From a virus (lineage: Duplodnaviria; Heunggongvirae; Uroviricota; Caudoviricetes), in the IMG/VR virus record IMGVR_UViG_3300030032_000362: a stretch of DNA of 59,892 nt, one strand, 5' to 3'. The notes beneath the pieces are model-generated. The model made no database searches and was not told the origin of the DNA. It saw only the letters and a program-made list of their open reading frames with translations. Shown piece by piece: positions 55,341 to 59,892 of this stretch. A program made the translations under genes and the position numbers. Numbering within the stretch: position 1 is the first letter of the stretch; every line of letters starts with the position of its first letter.

Positions 55341-58300
55341 TTACTTTGATATAGTTGCCCCAATATCTCTCAATTTGAAGTCAGAATCCTTAATTCCGTA
55401 AGACCGTTCCCAGTCGTTCGCTAAAATTAACTCAGCCCAATCAAAGTGAGAATCTGAAAAGCCTTTCCATTTATCGTCATAAGTTCCTTCTTTTTTCCGC
55501 CAAAATTTGTTATCGGTATAAAATAAACTTTTCTGGCCGTTTGTATTTTTACTGTGCGTTTCTGCTTCTGTCAAACCGGCAATACATACATGCGCCTCTA
55601 ATTGTTTATGCCCCAGACAATACGTTACTTTGTGTCCAACGCATCCTCTATGTCCGGTACAATAATTTGTTTTGTAAGCAGTAGCCTCATGCCCCTGACA
55701 TTCATAAAACCATGTAAATACTCCGTTGGTGCTATAAGTTCCTGTAAAACTCTTCACAATACGTTTTTGCTTTTTGTTTACATATTTAGCATCCAGCATA
55801 AGATAACCGTCTTGTTTTTTTATGGAAGAGCCATATTTAGCAATGCTTTGTAAATTATTACAATAAGCCAAATATTTGCCATCTCGTTTCGCAAGACCTT
55901 TTACCAATACCAAACTTTGCGTTTTAATAGCGTTTTCTATTTTAAATTCATCAAAATCCGCTGATTGATATACTTTACTGGCATCTTTACATTCTTCAAA
56001 TGTAGTTCCTGTTTTGCTTTTGCCAGATTTCCAGTAATATGTAATACCACCTTTTGCTCCTTTTGGAACGCTATTGGCCAAATCTGGATTCTCAGCAGCG
56101 TGAATTGACCAGTTGCAATATATCTTTTTGTTCAGCTTCTTTTTCTTGCCGGTTCCCTTGCAGCCGTTTCCAGATGGTTTTTTCTTGCTTTTTTTTCCAA
56201 AATACACAATGTCTTTATAAGATTCCGGGTCATTACAGTAATATGTTTTATCGCATTCTTTTACTTGTTTGGCAAAATTATATTTATTTCCTTTAAAATC
56301 CTTTTTATCCTTGTATTTGCTTAACGTCCTGCAATCCATTATATAAGATTTACAATTTTTACCACTGCAATAATTAGCATCTTTCGATAAACCAACTTGA
56401 TAAATATGGGTATGGTCCCATAACTGTTCTGCAAATTTTATAAAGCCATCCGTGTCATCTTCTTTTGCTCCAGTTTCCGAACGGTAAATGCTGGTTGCAG
56501 CAATTATTGCTTTTGCATTGGAATACACACCAGTTATCATATAATCCGTTCCGCTTAATTTATGAGCAGCACTTGTATTAAACTTGTCTTTTGGCTTATC
56601 AAGCGTGTCATAACCGCCGCCATTGTAAAAGAAATAATTTACATTTTTTGTGCCGGTTGATGCTGTTACGTTTCCGGAAAATGGGTCTTTTGCGGTTTCA
56701 ATTTTAGTGTTTTTCTTTTGTTTCGCCACTTCTTCCTCTATTTCTTTCAACCATTTTTTGTCTTTCTCTAACAAATGGTCTTTTGTGGCTACCACAAGAT
56801 TTTTCTCTTCTTTTCCATCTTCGATAACTGCAACATCACTTCCGAAGACATCAGCAAAAAGCTGAAGAACACCGGCGTAATAAACACATTGTAAGCCTAA
56901 TGAAATTGTTAATATAGCGGCACCAATCATAATCCATTTTGATACTTTCGCTGGCAGATTGATTACGTTAATAATCCCGCCAAAGAATTTACCAACAATT
57001 CCACTAATAGATTTGATTACTTTATCTTTTCCTCTTGCTACAGGGCTTAGTTTTTTTTGCAGTTTTATTACGTCTTTTCCCACCTTTGTATTGTCAAATT
57101 TATTTTTAAGATGTCTTTTATGACCACGGACAGTCCTGCCGGTTGCCGAACGAGTAGCCATTCTTGCCCGTGTTCGCATTCTTTGTTTTCTTCTTTCTCT
57201 TTTTAATGCTCTTTTCCGCTTTTCTGCTTTTAATTTATCTGCCTTAACACGAGTTTTCATTTCTTTTACTCGCAAATGTCTTCCATATGGTTTTACAATT
57301 TTAGCAAGTCCTTTTTGAGATTTTCGTTTTGTCCAAATAGAAGCCCTTACACCTTTTTTGGCAATTTTCATATATTGATATACTAAAAAAGCCCCTTGAA
57401 CAGCATCGGCTCTATAACAAAGACAAAATACCATTGAAGATAATGATTGACCAAATCTTCTTTTTGACATTCGTTCCATTTTTTTTGCATCAGTAAATTT
57501 TTTAAGTTCTTTATCAACAGCCATAACATTTTTATCTAAAAAAGAACCGTATTTAGTTAATTCATGTCTGCGCCATTTAGATGCCGTGCGTAAATCTGCA
57601 TTAAACGCTTTTCTAATTTCGCATTTTGCATTTAGCATTTTTCGCAATCCTTCAACATCTTTTTCTGATATTTTTTTCTTAAATACCGGAACTTTATTTC
57701 CCGCCTTATCTTTTAAAAATTCTCCCTTACTATTCTTTTTATAAACTAATTTTCCTTTTTTGTCTCTTTGTTGTAATACATTCGTTTTAATGTTGCAGCG
57801 CCTCAGTGCTTTATCAAGGTCTCCTAATTTTGTCTGCTTATTTAATCCCTTTTTGAGTACTCTTGCTTGTGCTCCATATAATGTAGCATTTGTCAGGGGC
57901 ATCGCCCATGCCGTATAACGCTTCAATTGATGAATCGCCATAAGTGCATCTGCCTGCCCAATAGAGTGTGACATAACTCGTTGATTCTTCCGAATCATTT
58001 GACGAATTGTTTTTATAGGCGCACCAGAAGAGCCGGTCGGACTTTTTTTCGTTATATTTGTATCACGAATATTTACCGGACTATTGTAAATCACACTTTC
58101 ACCTTCGTCAGATTTGTTCTGTCCAAATGATTTATCCGCAAAATCATTACTTTCTGCATGAGCACTAGATTCTTGGTTTTCTGTATTTCCAGAGGAATAA
58201 CTGCTATCATTCGACCCGATTGATACATACTCATCCTCTTCTGCCATACTATAAACAGTAGTTTTCTCACCAGAATATGATTCATACGTCAATAGAGTGT

Positions 58301-59693
58301 CATTGGATGGGAAAAACTGCTCATCATTTTTTTGTGCAGCGTATTCATCCGCATTTGGCAATGAACTAATATATTGCTGAGATTCACAATTTGTAGCAAT
58401 ATTTCTCAATTCAGACATTTCACCGGGGCTTAACATGTATGTATTTCCCATATCTGTTGTTACATAAACAGACGAATCTTGTGGAATTTTATGAATATCC
58501 CCTAGCTGATAGCCGCTAGATATTTTTTGTTGTGCTGCTTCTTTGCTAGTGTAATAATTTGTAACAATTTCATTATTGTATGTCATTGTCAGCCCTGTAT
58601 CAGACAATTTATCATAAAGATGCTTTTGTTCTGATTGAACAGTTATAGGCTCCACTTCTGATATAGACTTTGAATTAATGTACATATTACTATCTTGTGC
58701 GTAATCAATTGGTACATTTACTTTTTCTGATTCAACAATTCCGGCGTATGCTTGTAAACCGGATTGTTCAGTATACTCCTCTTTTGTATCAACCTCTGAA
58801 ACAGTTGCATTTTTTTCGTCCAATGAATTATTATTATTCGCCTCACATTGAGTATTAAATCCTTCTTTATAAGGCGTTTCAGAAAAATCTGCATGGTGAA
58901 CAGATGCATCGAATGGGGAAGAATTTAATTGAGATAAAATTTCTTCTCCATTCTTGCATATTTCTTGTATGGTTTTATTTATTTTTGAAGTCCCAGTAAT
59001 TTTATCATATGTAATTGCTCTCGCTCTAGCATCTGGGTCTTTTGCTCGTTCTTTTGCAATCTGCTCAATTTCTTCTATACGAATAGGGTCTTCTTGGCTA
59101 ATATATTCATTTGGGTTATATGTGCTATCAAAACGTTTTTCACGTTTCTGATGCGGTTTCTTTTGTTTTTCTTTGTCTTTCTCTTTCTTCTTTTTTTTCT
59201 TTTTTACTGTTACAATAACTTCATCTTTTGGAATTTCCTGTTTAGTTTCTTCTTTTTTAGGTTTGTTTTCTACAGATGACTTTATATCTAAATCATCTTC
59301 TTCATCTTGCTCATTTTCTTTCATATAAGCATCTAAAATATCCGGGATGTCTTGTTTTAATTGTGCAAGTTCAGATTTTCTTAATACAAAACATTCGATT
59401 CCCTGCTCATTTTCGCAAAAATATTTAATTTGTTTTTTTACAGGAATAAAATCAGCATCTGATATATCTAATGCTGATAATAAATCTTGTTTTGAATAAA
59501 TATCGTATTGTGATAAAACAGTTAAATTACCTAAATCCTTTATCTGTTCATCAACGGCCTCTAAAGAGAAATTGGTTGAAGAACAATGAGGCAATAAACC
59601 GCTGTTAATAAAGATGTCGATGTCTCTTTGTAGCAGTCCGGTGTTTTCTGCAATTTTAGAACTATAATAATCATTAAGGTCAAATAATGCCAT
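55341..59693 (-). CDS. Large membrane-associated hypothetical protein
   Basis: Acidic N-terminus, basic middle, TM segment(s), Cys/His-rich C-terminus; AAAGGAG RBS. Confidence 0.8.
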   Translation of the reverse strand: MALFDLNDYYSSKIAENTGLLQRDIDIFINSGLLPHCSSTNFSLEAVDEQIKDLGNLTVLSQYDIYSKQDLLSALDISDADFIPVKKQIKYFCENEQGIECFVLRKSELAQLKQDIPDILDAYMKENEQDEEDDLDIKSSVENKPKKEETKQEIPKDEVIVTVKKKKKKKEKDKEKQKKPHQKREKRFDSTYNPNEYISQEDPIRIEEIEQIAKERAKDPDARARAITYDKITGTSKINKTIQEICKNGEEILSQLNSSPFDASVHHADFSETPYKEGFNTQCEANNNNSLDEKNATVSEVDTKEEYTEQSGLQAYAGIVESEKVNVPIDYAQDSNMYINSKSISEVEPITVQSEQKHLYDKLSDTGLTMTYNNEIVTNYYTSKEAAQQKISSGYQLGDIHKIPQDSSVYVTTDMGNTYMLSPGEMSELRNIATNCESQQYISSLPNADEYAAQKNDEQFFPSNDTLLTYESYSGEKTTVYSMAEEDEYVSIGSNDSSYSSGNTENQESSAHAESNDFADKSFGQNKSDEGESVIYNSPVNIRDTNITKKSPTGSSGAPIKTIRQMIRKNQRVMSHSIGQADALMAIHQLKRYTAWAMPLTNATLYGAQARVLKKGLNKQTKLGDLDKALRRCNIKTNVLQQRDKKGKLVYKKNSKGEFLKDKAGNKVPVFKKKISEKDVEGLRKMLNAKCEIRKAFNADLRTASKWRRHELTKYGSFLDKNVMAVDKELKKFTDAKKMERMSKRRFGQSLSSMVFCLCYRADAVQGAFLVYQYMKIAKKGVRASIWTKRKSQKGLAKIVKPYGRHLRVKEMKTRVKADKLKAEKRKRALKRERRKQRMRTRARMATRSATGRTVRGHKRHLKNKFDNTKVGKDVIKLQKKLSPVARGKDKVIKSISGIVGKFFGGIINVINLPAKVSKWIMIGAAILTISLGLQCVYYAGVLQLFADVFGSDVAVIEDGKEEKNLVVATKDHLLEKDKKWLKEIEEEVAKQKKNTKIETAKDPFSGNVTASTGTKNVNYFFYNGGGYDTLDKPKDKFNTSAAHKLSGTDYMITGVYSNAKAIIAATSIYRSETGAKEDDTDGFIKFAEQLWDHTHIYQVGLSKDANYCSGKNCKSYIMDCRTLSKYKDKKDFKGNKYNFAKQVKECDKTYYCNDPESYKDIVYFGKKSKKKPSGNGCKGTGKKKKLNKKIYCNWSIHAAENPDLANSVPKGAKGGITYYWKSGKSKTGTTFEECKDASKVYQSADFDEFKIENAIKTQSLVLVKGLAKRDGKYLAYCNNLQSIAKYGSSIKKQDGYLMLDAKYVNKKQKRIVKSFTGTYSTNGVFTWFYECQGHEATAYKTNYCTGHRGCVGHKVTYCLGHKQLEAHVCIAGLTEAETHSKNTNGQKSLFYTDNKFWRKKEGTYDDKWKGFSDSHFDWAELILANDWERSYGIKDSDFKLRDIGATISK

Positions 59694-59892
59694 GAATCAT
59701 TTTCTCCTTTCAAAAAACAAAACCGGGGATTTACCCCGGCTTATATTACTCATCACGAAATTTAATAAACCGATTGTATATCCAAAGGGCGCATAAAATA
59801 ATAAATACAACAATCGTAATTACTAATTGAAAATTTACTCCTTGGCTTTTTTCCGGCTTCTTTTGCTCTGAATTCTTTTTCGTATCTTTATT

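Larger units (their letters stand above)
5412..59892. mobile_element. Large integrated plasmid/ICE/phage-like element (extends beyond the window)
   Basis: att-like tRNA fragment, own replication/recombination genes, ParM, MobV relaxase, phage-type small ORFs, and a private upstream motif not seen in 1-5400. Confidence 0.75.

Overview
Low-GC Firmicutes (Lachnospiraceae/Clostridia-like) DNA. Positions 1-5050 look like host genes: a degenerate metallophosphoesterase, a BspA-type LRR surface protein and a tandem-domain hypothetical. A tRNA-Ser 3' fragment at 5412-5434 (att-like) marks the edge of a large (>54 kb, running off the right end) plasmid/ICE/phage-like element. Almost all of its genes are on the minus strand: DnaE, a DEDDh exonuclease, TopB, RecJ, three SSB-like proteins, a Sak/Rad52 annealase, a Rad50/SbcC ATPase, ParM, a MobV relaxase (+ strand), two sigma-70-family factors, an initiator tRNA and many small phage-type ORFs. 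Two things stand out. (1) A 13-bp motif, AACAGACATATTA, occurs about 26 times, always just upstream of genes and in the gene's orientation, implying an element-wide regulon. (2) At 46461-49357 a Cas12f-like gene with substituted RuvC catalytic residues is flanked by three copies of a covarying tracrRNA-like two-hairpin scaffold, each followed by degenerate CRISPR-like repeats, and lies immediately upstream of a sigma factor. This is a candidate RNA-guided transcription regulator rather than a nuclease. All calls come from motif recognition by eye; no database searches were run.
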